A DNA stretch of 64,000 nt from Azolla caroliniana (taxonomy: Eukaryota > Plantae > Polypodiophyta). Under the pieces are notes generated by a model. That model ran no database searches. It saw only the letters and a program-made list of their open reading frames with translations, and was not told the DNA's origin. The translations under genes were made by a program, and so were the position numbers. Within the stretch, counting starts at the first letter, position 1. Every line of letters begins with the position of its first letter. The DNA lies in assembly GCA_043228905.1 (NCBI GenBank), contig JBHGNT010000012.1, positions 5,394,001-5,458,000 of the forward strand. Direction: 5' to 3'. Shown piece by piece: positions 33,483 through 47,480 of this stretch.

Positions 33483-35145
33483 ATGGAAACTGTGGATGCA
33501 GAGGAGGAGGAAAGGTGGAAGAAGAGAAAGCAGAAGCATCAGAAGAAAGTTAGAGTGAACCCATGCTTGGTCCTACTCAATGTCTTGTTTGCTTGTGTTG
33601 GGATAGGGTTTGTGGGTGTGGGCCTGTGGCTCTCCTTCAACCATAGCACAAATTGTATTCATTTCCTGCAAACAGTTCTCATCGGCTCGGGACTCTTCAT
33701 GGTGGCGATCGCAGCCACAGGCATCGTCGGAACCATCTGGAGCATCCTGTGGTTGCTGTATCTCAATTTCATTGTGATGCTTCTGCTAATCTTGATCATA
33801 GTAGGCACCACTGTCTTTGTTCTGGTCATCACGAGCCATGGTATCTCGGCCTCGGTGAAGGCGGACAGTCACAACAATCCCGACCCATTCTCGGGTTGGC
33901 TACGGCATCAAGTCGACCAGAGGATGCGGTCATGCACGCAGAACGGGCAGATCTGCGAGTTTGTTCGCTATAGCTATGCCAGCGGTTACTACAGCCGGCC
34001 ACGCCTCTCGGCTCTACAGGTAAATCTTATCTCTCTCTCTCTCTCACACACACATATATATGTATGTTGTTCAATCCTTTGTGGCAGAGAAGAGGAGAGA
34101 CCTCACTTGTAATAATGCTCTTTTTTGGGGGCTCCCAGAACTCATTTCACTGGTTTCTTTAGGGCAGATGACACTAAATCATCATCATCATGAGCATGTA
34201 TTTGGGGTTTTCTTGTTGAATAGGCATTGATGGCACGCATGGTCGATGAGAATCGTAGGTGAAATTACATATATAGCTGGGTGCTCATTATCTTGAGTAT
34301 TTGTTATGGACATGGATTTAGGGCTTTGTGGCTGCTGGTCACATTGAATGGTTTCCCGGGATCAGAAAGAAAGATATATTAATGTCTTCTAAGACCAAAA
34401 TTGGCCCATGAGATTTGCATGCTCAGAGAGTATGGAACATTCTTAGGATTGCTATGGCTTGGGAAATAGACCTAGGATTTTTATGCCAGATGAAGGCCTA
34501 GCCAGTTATCTTAAACATATACCTAGTTTTTCAATGGTGAGTAAAATATTTTGGTTGGTCCTAATGGTGAGTAAAATACTGTCTCTGCCCTGTGTGGATC
34601 ATGTTCTCAAACTGGTTCGGAGCACATCGGTTCTGTAACCGTTAATGGATTTGCATGCTCATCATCGAAAAGACATGGAAATTAAGTCTCTTTGTCACCC
34701 TAACAATCAAAACAAATTTCAGTAATAATATTGCAAGAAAGTGAAGATTTTTTTTTTGAAGGGGCTAATTTTATATTGAATGGCCCGTGGCTTACTACTA
34801 CTACTACTACAGACAGCATGTTGTGAGCCGCCTACGGGATGCAACATTGCCAATAGTAGTGGGGCTTCATTGAACGACACGGCATTGGCCATAGAGTCGG
34901 ATTGCGAGGCTTGGAGGAAGGCAGGGGTTACGACCGGCTTCTGTTCACACTGTAGCCTATGCCAAGCCGCGGTGGCCGAGAACATCCGGCACGTGTGGCA
35001 CAAGGTGGCCATCTTCAAGGTTATCGCGCTCCTCGTCTTGGTCCCCGCCTATTTCATCACCTGTTGCTACTTCAAGAAAGACGAAGGCGGAGACACGAGC
35101 ACGACCTATCAACGCTGCCTCGACTGTTGTTTCAATGTTCTGTAA
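33483..35145 (+). CDS. Tetraspanin (TET/TORNADO2 family), 2 exons, about 289 aa
   Basis: Exons 33483-34019 and 34813-35145, phase-0 GT-AG intron at the usual LQ|xxCCxPP position. Three N-terminal TM helices, a Cys-rich EC2 (CCEPPTGC, DCEAW, CSHCSLCQA) and a fourth TM. Confidence 0.88.
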
Positions 35146-36467
35146 AGATCGATCGGGTTTCTTTCTCTCTTATCTTCCTCTTGTACAAAGATCTATTGCC
35201 TCTTAACACAGAATAAGCCAAATTAACCCAAGAATGAATGTATTCATCCCTAATTTAGGTCCGAAAAAGGATAAACAAAATGATGTTAGCAACAAAATGC
35301 GTTGCCTTCTTGGATTGGAAGCATATATTTGGTTTTGAAGTGACGATGATACAAGAAATATGATGGTTTTTAACTGCATAGCATATGGTGGGGATGATTG
35401 GCAATTCTCATTCCCTTGCCTATGTTTCCTCAGGCACGATCTCATTGGTGTTTTTTTACTTAGCCTTGAGTCATGTGACATAGCTTGAATTAGCAAATGA
35501 AACAAATCCATTGTTCAATCACCTGGCTGTATAACTGATGGAATGTCCAATACTGAATTACTGAATGAAATTATGTTAGGAATCCATATTTATTAGAAGG
35601 CATAATCAAAATACACAATTCAGAAATGGCTATCCATGAGGAACCGCAAAATACAGAATTCGTAGCTTACATTATAATAAACCTCTGGTATCTAGAAATC
35701 ACAATCTCTGACAACAATAAATTCATGATCTGTTAGATGCGACGCGATGATGATTAACTGATCATTTAGAAACTTACCATCTATAATCCGAATTGGTTCA
35801 TGAATAAGAATCAATAATCATAGTGTTACCATTCATGATTTTATACTTTGTCCACTGTTAACAAAACATGGTCCAAAACCCTAGCTATCACATATATACC
35901 TCTTTTACTATCTCAAAAACTGCTTGAAGAATATGCATAACATAACATGCCAATAAAATCTGATGACGATTTCTCTCAAAAAGCATCATGCCACACCCTA
36001 TTATGGCCACTTGTAATATAATGGAAAACACCAAAATACTTATGGTGTTTATCAACATATCTCTTAAGTTTTTAACAATTATTAGAATACCCCTATGGAG
36101 CATTACATATTGAATTACATATGGGTGCACTTTATCAGTTTTTTGAAAAATTAGGGCTATATTCATGGCAAATTCCTTATGGGTAGTGTATCTTTTCTTA
36201 TCTATAATCTTTGTTGATGAGGATGACCCAACAATCTTATGCATAAGAGGTTTTTGAATCACGAATGTATTAATTATCTAACTGAGGTATTGACAACTCA
36301 TCTTTCAATTCGAATACAAAGCCAACATTTTTATAGTCCCTTTCAATATGATGCACTACCCTCCTATCGTAGATAGGTTTGCCTAATTAATTTTGTCAGC
36401 TAAGGAACCATAACCCTCAAAGTATCTTCACGACATTGTGATCATAACTTGGCCCTTATAATATGCT

Positions 36468-36770
36468 ACATGTATAGGGAAACCTTTAAGCTTCGGAAAT
36501 CTCATCCTTCACTTCAATCCAATCTCCCCTTTTTTTAAATTGCATTTCGATCCGATGCACTAACGTCTTGATACATGTATAGGGAAACCTTAATGCTTCG
36601 GAAATCTCATCCTTCACTTCAATTCAATCTCCCATTTTTTTTAATTGCATTTGGATCCAATGCACTAACACCTTGACACATGTATAGGGAAACCTTTATG
36701 CTTCGGAAATCTCATCCTTCACTTCAATCCAATCTCCCATTTTTTTAAATTGCATTTCGATCCGATGCAC
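36468..36770 (+). repeat. Three tandem copies of a 105-bp unit
   Basis: ACATGTATAGGGAAACC... occurs at 36468, 36573 and 36678. Confidence 0.93.
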
Positions 36771-36899
36771 ACTTAACTCCTTGATAAGTAGCTCCTTGGA
36801 GCAGATAATTTTGTTGGCTACGAAATCGGCCTTGAGGTATCCCTACGTTCATTATGATCGTAATGACCACCGTTACAAACACAAATACAAAAGGGAAAA

Positions 36900-37642
36900 T
36901 ATGCGCACGTACATAGATAACATCACATACATCAATCATGACATACATAAGTACCTGCATGCATGCATACATACATACATATGTACATACTATACAATAT
37001 ATACATACACATACACACACCCATACCATAGCATACATACATACATGTACATATATACATAATTACACACATACCACACATAAATACATACAAATACATG
37101 CATTGATGCAATACATACATACAAACAAATGCATACACAAACACACAAATACTGTAATACATACATACATACATATACATACATACATAACAAATACATA
37201 CATACAATAAGAACGGCCAAATACCATAGCATACATACATACATGTACATATATTCATAATTACACACATACCATACATAAATACATACAAATACATGCA
37301 TTGATGCAATACATACATACAAACAAATGCATACACAAACACACAAATACTGTAATACATACATACATACAGATACATACATACATAACAAATACATACA
37401 TACATACATACTGATACATACATACATAACAAATACATACATACAATAAGAACGGCCAAATACCATAGCATACATACATACATGTACATATATTCATAAT
37501 TACACACATACCATACATAAATACATACAAATATATGCATTGATGCATACATACATACAAACAAATGCATACACAAACACACAAATACTGTAATACATAC
37601 ATACATACATAACAAATACATACATACAATAAGAACGGCCAA
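36900..37642 (+). repeat. (ACAT)n-derived higher-order repeat
   Basis: Degenerate ACAT/ACAA tract with about 180-240 bp units marked by CAATAAGAACGGCCAA (about 37205, 37444 and 37627). Confidence 0.88.
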
Positions 37643-37734
37643 CAACAACAATGAATAAAGAATAAATCTCTGTTTTTCTGAGAATTAGGGTTATGGTGTA
37701 AACCTCAATCCTTTTTCTTCCCTTCCGAGTGACC

Positions 37735-40096
37735 ATGCCCTTCTTCTCTCACTCGCCAAGAGCTCTCCTCATCATCGCAGGAAGAAGAACAAGAACAAGA
37801 ACAAGCTCAAGCAGAAGCACAACAACAAGAAGAAGAACAAGCCTTCGCCATCCATTGCCTTCTTCAAGCTTCAGTTCACTCGCCTCAGCTTATCCGTCTC
37901 GCTCTCCTGCTTCCAATTCCTCCTTCTCCATATCTACCATAATAAGATCGGATGTGTGGATGCGATCGCTTTGTACCAGGGTCGAGGAAGGGAGAGGAGA
38001 TGATGATACTGAAAACGTTTCAGGTCCTTTGCCCCTCGATTCCAGGTAGGCTCTTGCCATGGTCTCTTCCCTGTTAAAAACAGCGGACAACAAGTCTCGT
38101 TGCATTCTTACTAATAGTCGCAGAAGTATTGAAAGGAAATCAAATGCATGTGTGAGGTGTATGAATGTATATGTGCTTATGTATGATTGTATTGATGCAT
38201 TACAGCACAATTCACCACTTTTAGCTGATTCTCTAATCATGTATCTTCTTGTGAGCTGCAAATACTCGGAATCCTTGACCTCTTTGAAGCATGTTTCTCT
38301 CAGCATTGTGTTTTTTGTATTGTATAAATGTTTAAGATTTAGATGCTCCGAAGAAGCAGCATGCATTAGATTATTAATATTGGTTGTGTTTTTGCACCGT
38401 TACTTACAGCTCACTGATAGATGAGAGGGAGTTTCATAGGCTTGCAGACGAAGTGCTTAATCACATACAGGAGGAAGTCGATGTGAGTACTCAAAATAAG
38501 TAGGCTTTTATCTTGATTTATCTTATCCTTAACTCACTGTTTGTAAAATGCAGGAAATGGGAGAGGAACTCAATGTGGATGGGTTCGACATAGATCATGC
38601 GGTGAGGGTTTATTCTCAACTTCTTCTTTGTGAAGCTTTCAGGATAAACCTGAAAGGACTTGGTTTGTATTTTGGTTAAATTATATTCGATCCAGGAAGG
38701 GGTAATAACGATAAAACTAGGAGTGTCTGGGACATACGTCATCAATAAGCAGACTCCAAATAGGCAGATCTGGCTTTCATCTCCTGTGAGGTAATTCTCT
38801 CTCCTTTATTCCCTTGTATAAGTTTTGTGTACATCTGTTTCGGGATGTGAGACCAGAAATAGAAATTGTACATGGAATGCGCTAAATTCCTAGAGCACTA
38901 GAATTGTTACCACAACATTCTTTTACTAGTTTTGAGCATCCTCTTACTAAATTCTACTGTTATGATTTATTTCTCCTCTGAATTCTGTTAGAAATATTGA
39001 GAATCGATTAGATAGGTATATAGAGTTACAACCACAGAGATGGATATATGAAAACAAAACTTCTATTACATATGAGAGTAGCTCACAATGGTGGTTCACC
39101 CATGCGCTCACACCTTAGAGCTTAGATGGGATCTGGACCAACTCACTACAAAATTAGTGGGGACTAATGATCAATCCAACCACTGTGTAAGAAAGTGGAT
39201 TATATTCTATGTTTGGTCTGAGTATAACATTAAATGTGCAAGTCAGTTGATAGTAGTGGAGATATTCCTTTTCTGTCCACTGACTTGTCATTTAATATGA
39301 CCCAATTCCTTAGATATAGGCCAATGCTAAATAGTACTTATCTTGAAGTCAATGGCACATACTTCAAGACTAAGTACATCGTAACTTGCCCACAAAATAT
39401 TCTAGTTGACTTGATTAGCCAATCCTATTACCTATTTCGCTCTTTCCTAAATACATTGTGTCCTACACATGTACGGTTTCCTAGATTAACACCTTATCAA
39501 CCCATATGGTCGAGTTGCACACTAGCCACTCCTCATTTGGGGCGCTATCACAAAATGTGCACTCTAAGAGCACATATGGGGATAGGTTTACAACTTCAGG
39601 CTGATCATTGATTATATTTAACAAATTCTCACCTGTGTAGGGACAATAGCTTTGCTTACACGGAAACATCATGCTGCTGGCAATATTCTCAATGCATGTT
39701 TTCTTTTGTATTTTCGTGTTCTCTTGGGGTTTGGAGGAAATAGAATTTCAAGGGTTATTGAGAAAATAGGGGGAAACTGAAACAAAAAGAAAACAAGTAT
39801 TGAAGTTTCCTTTCATTTTTGACAAAGTTTTATGATTTCTTTCTCTATTGATTGCCTTTATTTTTGCTCAGTTTCTCCACAATATTATGGCTCAAATAAT
39901 CTTCATAAGAAGTAGAATGATTCTTTCTTTCTTTGTCATTTTTGGCTACAGCGGGCCTGCAAGATTTGACTGGGATACAAACCATAAACACTGGGTGTAC
40001 AGACGGACAAAGGCTAAACTTCTGGAATTGTTGGAGAAAGAGATGAACCAACTCTTGGGTGCTTCAATCACCTTCTCAGCATTTAAGCAGCAATAA
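37735..40096 (+). CDS. FH: Frataxin (mitochondrial), 5 exons, 223 aa
   Basis: Exons 37735-38045, 38410-38482, 38554-38601, 38696-38790 and 39952-40096, all GT-AG and summing in frame. Motifs [40 protein letters not shown], plus an R/S-rich transit peptide. Confidence 0.96.
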
Positions 40097-41965
40097 AAAA
40101 TGGACAGCATATAGTATCCATATTTCATTATGATTAGACAATAATAGAAGAGTTCGAACACGATTTTTTACTCAATTTCCTATTATAATGCCATCATTTT
40201 TAGTGAATGTGGAAGCTATATGATGCCTTCCATTTCATTTTATGTCATGCATACAAAAAAATGGTTGTTGTATGTACCTATACTTTTGCTTAGGAATTTC
40301 CCCATGACTATGGAAAAAGTAGCTTTGGGGAAGATAGATCACATTGCTTTGAAGGTTCACATATTTCTCTTAGTTGTGGAAGGACCTCTTTACCTACAAT
40401 GTGCACTCTTAATTGCAGTGTTCATTAGTAAAACTCATTAACATTGAGAGTTATTGCTCTTATATATACACAACCTGAAAAAAAATTTTAGTTTTGGTCT
40501 GATAAATCACATATGATCGCTGATGATTACAAAAAAATCTATTTCTCTTTCATTTCTTTAGCTTCTTCATTCGACAGGCGCGGATAAGTTTTTTTCCTTG
40601 TTTAAATATTTCAATATTCAAACCAGCCAATGTGAAATTGTGAAGGCCTTGGCATCAAACCTTATCAAGTGATGACCAAAACATCCACTGGTTTGAATGA
40701 GTGTAGCATATTTGTGTCCTGTAATTTCCTTTAGTTTCTCCAATTTTGATGACCAATGGATTTATATGATTGTATTGCGGCATTTGCTCACAAAGTGTAG
40801 CATAATTATGTACCGTAATTTTACTGATTGATTTAAATGATTCAATTGTTTCATTCCTTGATTTCCCTATTTTTAAAATTAACACTCTTTAGCAGGTTCA
40901 AATACAACGATGAAAAATAAAGTCTTACCAGTATACAAATATATTTGTATTAAAGCAGAGCACTAGTTAGAAAAGTATGCATTTGATTTATTTTAGTGTA
41001 CATCATCCACAAGGATATGCAACCAATATGACACAAACGACCAATATGTTCAAATGCAAATTTTTTTATGCTTTCTGCATGGAATTAGTCATCTAAATGG
41101 CATTTATCATAAACATTCTTTGGAGGTCTCACAATTGTTACTCCATGGCCCAATGGAGGATAAACAATATTTATGTAATATCATTTCTATTTTTCATGTT
41201 AAATGTCTACCATGTTAACCAAAAGAAGTGACATTACATTAGGTTTACTTTATCACAGCTGAAAATAAGTTATTTATATATTTATCTGATCTTAACCTTT
41301 TCTTTAGGTTGATAAACTAATTGATACAAATTCAAGTTCATAGTATAACCCAAATAGACAAAATGTCTTGTGCAATCATTTTTTTCAGCCAAATCCAAAA
41401 TATTCACAAAGCATCTAGGTCGCTAGAAAACACAAATAATTTAATGTATTGAACGGCCAGTATAAGAAGTGAAGCCAAACATGCGGTTAAGACCCTCTGG
41501 AGAATAATATCTTATAGTGTGATTTGTAAATAGGATCGAGAGTTCTAAACAACTTAACGGTTAACTATGGCATATAGAAAGACTAGTTAAGATGTTGCTC
41601 AAATGGTTTACTTCAAATTTGACCACAACAATAGTCGAGTAAGATGTCTGATAATTATTACCCGAGGAAGTTCATGCATTATTCATGGAGAGAAAATGGA
41701 GACCAATGGCGAAGATGTATTTATAATGAGAAGGCATATACAATTTCCAGATTTGAATCTCCCTTCAACTTGGGAATGATACAAATGCAATTCATGGTCT
41801 GCAACCTCATATATTACATATAACAAATATATAAACAATTTGTAAACAGATACATCAGAATGTGAAGATCTCAAGCCGTTAATCACAAGGTCGCAGACTA
41901 CATTGTAGGTGGGGCATGGAATAAATACATAACAAATTATATGCCCTTTCTCATTCAACAAAATG

Positions 41966-42416
41966 TTAGCTTACAGGTACAATCTTCTCCATCAACTCCT
42001 GCAGATGTTGAAACCTACAACAAAATAAAAAGCTTAATATAAGACTTAGTTTATAGAAATTCGACATTTCCACAAAAAGAAGCCATATGGATAGCATAGA
42101 ACCTGACGTTTCCCAAGTCAGCATATACTGCCAATGCTCCATTGAAATCCTGAAAGACAGATTGCATAATTCATATATCATTCATCAAGAATTTCAGAAA
42201 GTATCAATTCTCAATGAAGAGGAGAAGATTATATATATAGCCTTTTCGTGATGACATTAAATCAGATATGGCTCCAATATAATTCTTGGAAATATTTAGC
42301 TTATGGTTCCATTTCATGAAAGTCATAATGCGTAAATGCTACAATTCAAAGGATGTGATTTGTTTCAGCAGAAAGTTCAAACATATGATGAATGAAAATT
42401 ACACACACAAACACAG

Positions 42417-42455
<39 letters not shown>

Positions 42456-45400
42456 TGTATATAATGCACTGATCAGAGAGGAACGTATATGCAACTAGTA
42501 CACTCCAACAATGATTTGTACAAAATTTTCCAATCCAACTGCCTAGATTTGGAAAAACCAAGCAACGCAGATGAACACTTACTTGCTCGGCAGTGGAGGA
42601 GGTGTAAGAAATGATACATTTCATGCCTGCACCCAATGCAGCCTATGAAAATAGAAAAAAAATGGCAGTTGTCAGTTATCAGTAGAAAATAAAAAAATTA
42701 GAACTGCATTTATTTATAATGTTACTGATAAAATGGCATTTATAAACTCCTTTTTGGTTCAATCCTTTATGATGATGTATTCTTGGATTTTCAAAGGTTA
42801 CAGAGTTAAATGAAAATTGAGACCTAGCTGCCTCATCAAGAGTGAAAAGTATATTTTCATATTCTACAGTCTCTAACGATCAATGCAATTATAGAGGTAG
42901 CACTTTATACACTTATTACAATCGATGAACTCATTATGTCCATTCTATTGGAAGAATAACGACAAATCATTAAATGTATATGCCTCCATGTATTTTGAAT
43001 AGGAAGACAAATCGAATAGCCAGGGAAGAGTATTTTTCCTCTAAAAGTGTGCAAATGAATGACAATGGACATTAGAATTCTATGTATAAATATATTTTTC
43101 ATTATAGTTATTTTGCATAACAAGAAGGCTTTACCTGGAGCCCAATTATACTGTCTTCTACAACCAAGCAGTGTTCTGGTAGAACATCAAGCTTCTGTTT
43201 AAATGAAAAATGTTTAAGAATGAGCACAAACATGTTTTACTTTTGATGGGATCAAAATGCTAGGAAAAAATGTTTCTTTCCTTCATTACTGGCATGGAAC
43301 AAAAGGCTTTGAAATCAGGTGAGAACTTCTAAAAAATTGGAAGTATGCTTATGCAATTGCCATTAATGAAATCTTTCAGTAACTCTTAAACCTATAGACA
43401 ATCTTTCGAGATCGTCCACTGGGGCTTCAATTATCATCAATCTCTTTCTTTATAAAGTCTCCAAAAGATCTGAACGTCTAATTCCCCATCCATGAGATCC
43501 CTCATTTCTTTTCCCCCAAGGAAAGAGCCTTGTGCTCTATAACAATGAGCAGTGCCTTTCTAGGCTTGTCTTTTGTGCTCATCACCCCTGATATATTTTA
43601 TTGGATCTTCTTTTACCTTGAAGCCTAAAAGTCTTTTAGACATGATAACTGGAAGAAAAGAAACATATGGCATACCTTACTCCTGGCAATTCTTATGCAT
43701 TTACGAAGCAACAATTTTAGGTTTATCATCCCTACTATGAAATTATACACATATAGTTAGGCTTATGGATTATGATGTGCCACGTTTATCTTATCTTTGA
43801 TTGGCAGGGCAATACTCCAACCTTGCAGTGAAGATATCAACGTTAAGTTTATTGTCCCTACTATGAAATTCTACACGTCTAGTTAGGCTTATGAATTATG
43901 ATTTGCCTAGTTTATCTTATCTTATGCATTTACCTCTTCTTTTGAATGAGGAGACTATCAATAAGATCACATGACTCAGTTTGCATGGTATACATTTCAA
44001 CACCTATAATAGTGTCCATGATGGCAGATTGTATTTCTGCATTTATCCATATGCCCTTCATAGTAAACAGTTAATGATGATTTAACAAGATTTTATCTCT
44101 CATCAACACAATCAAGAAGAACTTGCCTTTGCAGCTTCAATATAGATTGTCGGATCTGGCTTTTTCTTTGGTACATCATCACCTATGTAAAGATTTCACA
44201 CATAGATTCATGTAAAATATGAAAAAAAATACTTAGAACTTCACATAGAACATTTACCTGCAAGAAAACAGTCCAACTGTTCAAACCGATCCTAGGTATG
44301 TCAACAAATGAAAATCATCAATACAAGAGACTCAGTATAAAAACAACATCACAATACAAATCTACCACGTAACAAATTACAATAGCCAGTCACTCGATAA
44401 GAAAATGAGCAGTTAACAAACAGGAAATGTTCCAGTGAAGATCACTGTAAGGATTATTTACTCAGCTTCATCATTGGAAGAACATCTATGATCCATTTTA
44501 TGCATTTCTAAGGCTTTAGAAATGCCAAAACACTACACACTTTCTAATCCATGCAGTAGGTTTAGTCTACGTTTGGAATTGAATCAGCGCAAGAGAGAAT
44601 AATTACGATCTTTCTAGCATATTTTCCACGAACTAGAATAACATTGAGATGCAGAGCAGACTGGAAGTCAGTAAAGTGATTGTTCAAGCATGTTGTACAC
44701 AGACTCAGATACTACAGGTAGACTGAGACCATCAGTTGCTTCAAGAATAGTCTTCTATGGACGCTGGATGAAGACAAGATGCTCACTTTCGTACAGAGTA
44801 TAAGAAGACCAATGTAAACAATTGTAGTATGTCTACTAAAGCGCTACTTGGGGTCTCAGAATGACAATTCTCACTAACATTAACATCATATCTTGTATCT
44901 TGTATCTTGTATCTTGCATCACAGTGTCCTTGTGGTCTGGTATATCTCTTACTTGGGTAGCCTTCATATTTGTCACTAGGACACTTCATAACTTTAGTTT
45001 GAGTTTTAATTTTAGTTTCAACTCTCTTGTGTATCTCTATTTATGCATCCGTAGGTTGATAGTGAATTGAGGATACCATTCCCAAGAGATTTGTAAGACA
45101 AAACACCACAGAGCTTTTTGTAGCTGCTGAGCACACTGCTACCAGGATCCCCTATTGCAGCAAAAGAAAAGCACTTCTTTATAAGGAGAAGTACAACGAA
45201 CATTCAATGAGGAAAATGAAGCAGACGGAGAAGAATATAGACCTTTGCTCTTGCCTCATCCATCAACTGTAGAATACCTGGCCTCGGCTGTATCTGTTAG
45301 TCCAAACCAAACACAGAAATCATATCATTAATCTGTCTAATTTTTTTTTTTCTGAAAAAGGATGATTTGTTTTCTGAAAAAGGATGTGCTTACAGCCCCT

Positions 45401-46544
45401 GAAGCAATGATATTCTTGTATTTCTCCGTTTTCCAATCCTGGTAAAGCAAGCTCATGTAAGATGAAAAGATACCCTTATCTTTGAATATCAACCATGAAG
45501 AAATGAACTTAAGATTATTTGAAGTGCATAGTAATCCTTATATATGTAGTATCTCCTTGTGCGGAGAGTCTATGGAGATTATTACTTTTTGTTTAGACAA
45601 TATCAATTTTCTGTCATTTAGGTGACTTTGCTATCAATGTGTATTTAATTAAATCCAAGCCTGAGAGCACAAATTTCTTCTTTTTGTTTCGATACACATT
45701 CAATCAATGATCAGATTCTGGTGACTTTGTTACCTAGCAACCATTTGGACAGAATAATTTGTAGTCATTCTAGGTGAGTTAATCTGTTACCTGAACTATA
45801 TGAATGAGGGCATGAGACCACATATTTCTTCTTCTATTTTGTTGTTTGGATGCATAATCATTTTGCATTAATGCAGATAAGTTTCTTTACCTGAACTATA
45901 TCGATAAGGGCCTCTCGATCAGCATCACTCTCTGGTGCGGCGGAATATAGTGTCGAAGAAGGCCATCCATGTGTATTGAAGTACCTGAAGAAAATAAAAA
46001 ATCAATCTGAGAGAGAGAAAAAAACCAATAACGAGCATATATGTATGTATCCCTTAAATTCCATTTCTTTCAAGAAAAAAAGCACAAAGTTACTACGAGA
46101 AGACAAGAAATTAGACCATCTCATCTTCGGTTTTCCTCCACCTATCTGGTTCTGAAACTTGTCGTAGAATTCAGATGTCCATTCCAGGGGCTGATCTGAG
46201 CCTAAACCCGGGCAGACAATTTGGAAATGTGAAAATGCAGCATTATACGCACGGCGATGCAAGTCTTCGGACTCCAGGATCACTCCATCGCAGTCGAAAA
46301 CAAGGGCTTTGAGACTGGAAGCTCGGCAGCAACAGGGCAAAGATGGGCGGGAGCTTGAGGGGGTGCTGCTCTGTTTTCTGAAGAAGAAAGGCTTGAGGGA
46401 AGGATTGGTCCGGAGGTGCAGAGAGGGAGGATGAGATGAGGAAGGGAGGAGCTGATTAGGGCTGGAGATGGCGATGGCGAAGGCAGCAGATGAGGAGGTG
46501 TGAAGGGATGCAGCAGGCATTACAAGCATATGGGAGGTCACCAT
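41966..46544 (-). CDS. Plastid HAD-superfamily hydrolase (CbbY-like; At4g39970-like), 11 exons, 332 aa
   Basis: Exons 46544-46117, 45984-45891, 45438-45394, 45293-45243, 45151-45077, 44291-44258, 44182-44127, 43194-43135, 42642-42583, 42149-42103 and 42014-41966 (999 nt in total). Motifs FDCDGV, GGGKPKM, VCSAA, KKPDP, VVEDS, plus a Ser-rich transit peptide. Confidence 0.93.
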
Positions 46545-46720
46545 CACGATCTTCCCCCTCCTCCTCCTCCTCCTCCTGTCTATTCTTCTCTGTCATCATG
46601 TGGGTGAGTGTCTGCATATATACATATCTTGTAAAATCGCCCACGAGTCACTACCACCACCAAAAAGAAAAGGAAAATCTTCTGATCCATAACCAAAACC
46701 CCCCCTCTCCATATGGAGAG

Positions 46721-46763
<43 letters not shown>

Positions 46764-46839
46764 CCCTAAAGATAGATAGAGAGAGAGTGTACCCTAAAGA
46801 TAGGATAGAGAGCCCTTTAGATAGATAGGATAGATAGAT

Positions 46840-47100
46840 CATAGTATGAACCATACGTACCCTACATGCATTCGCATTCGGGCATGTTTCAATCCTTCGA
46901 GTATGGTAAACACCCTCAAAAGTATGTATGGTAAATACCATACTTTTGTATTATTCATTATTTATTATAAGATAACATTTATTTTAAGGTAAAAAAGTGT
47001 AAAAGAAAAATATACGAATGTTTTGATAACATACGCATTCTCTTTACATTCGTATGAAACGAATGTTTTTCCCATGCATTCGAGTATATTGCGTACTATG
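46840..47100. mobile_element. hAT-like MITE
   Basis: Ends are CATAGTA...TACTATG with an imperfect longer TIR. 8-bp AGATAGAT lies on both sides, but within a GATA microsatellite, so the TSD evidence is weak. Confidence 0.6.
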
Positions 47101-47170
47101 AGATAGATAGATAAATAGATAGGTTTCATTATGGGACTTTGGACTTCAAAGCTCAATCACGACCTATGAG

Positions 47171-47480
47171 TAGGAATCGACAACGGCTCGGCTCAAGCCT
47201 AAACCAAACCGTTAAAACGTTCATAAACGGTTTGGTTGTTCGATTCGGTTAGGTTCGGGCTTGAGATTCCTTAACCAATTTGAGCTCGGTTTGGCAAGGC
47301 TCAAACTGAATCGAACTTTTTAGGGCCAAACCAAATCCTAAACTAGTTTGGTAATTGGCTTTTTCAAACCGTTTAAGCATTAACTGGTTTGGTTCAAGTT
47401 TGAAAACTCTCAAACCGGTTAAGGCTAAAACGGTTTGGTTTGGACAAGGCCAAACCGGTTAAGCCGTTGATTCCGACCTA
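47171..47480. mobile_element. MITE with AACCG/CGGTT subterminal motifs (hAT-like)
   Basis: Inverted ends GGAATC(GAC)AACGGCT / AGCCGTTGATTCC, many AAACCG motifs, and GACCTATGAG repeated at 47161 and 47475. Confidence 0.6.

Noticed and set aside
36745-37736. Long M/Y/V/C-rich ORFs (up to 239 aa)
   Set aside because: They are translation artefacts of the (ATGT)n repeat.
43721-43925. About 126-bp-period intronic duplication; similar short degenerate repeats at about 32390-32590, 53043-53117 and 55000-55130
   Set aside because: These are ordinary local duplications with no further structure visible.
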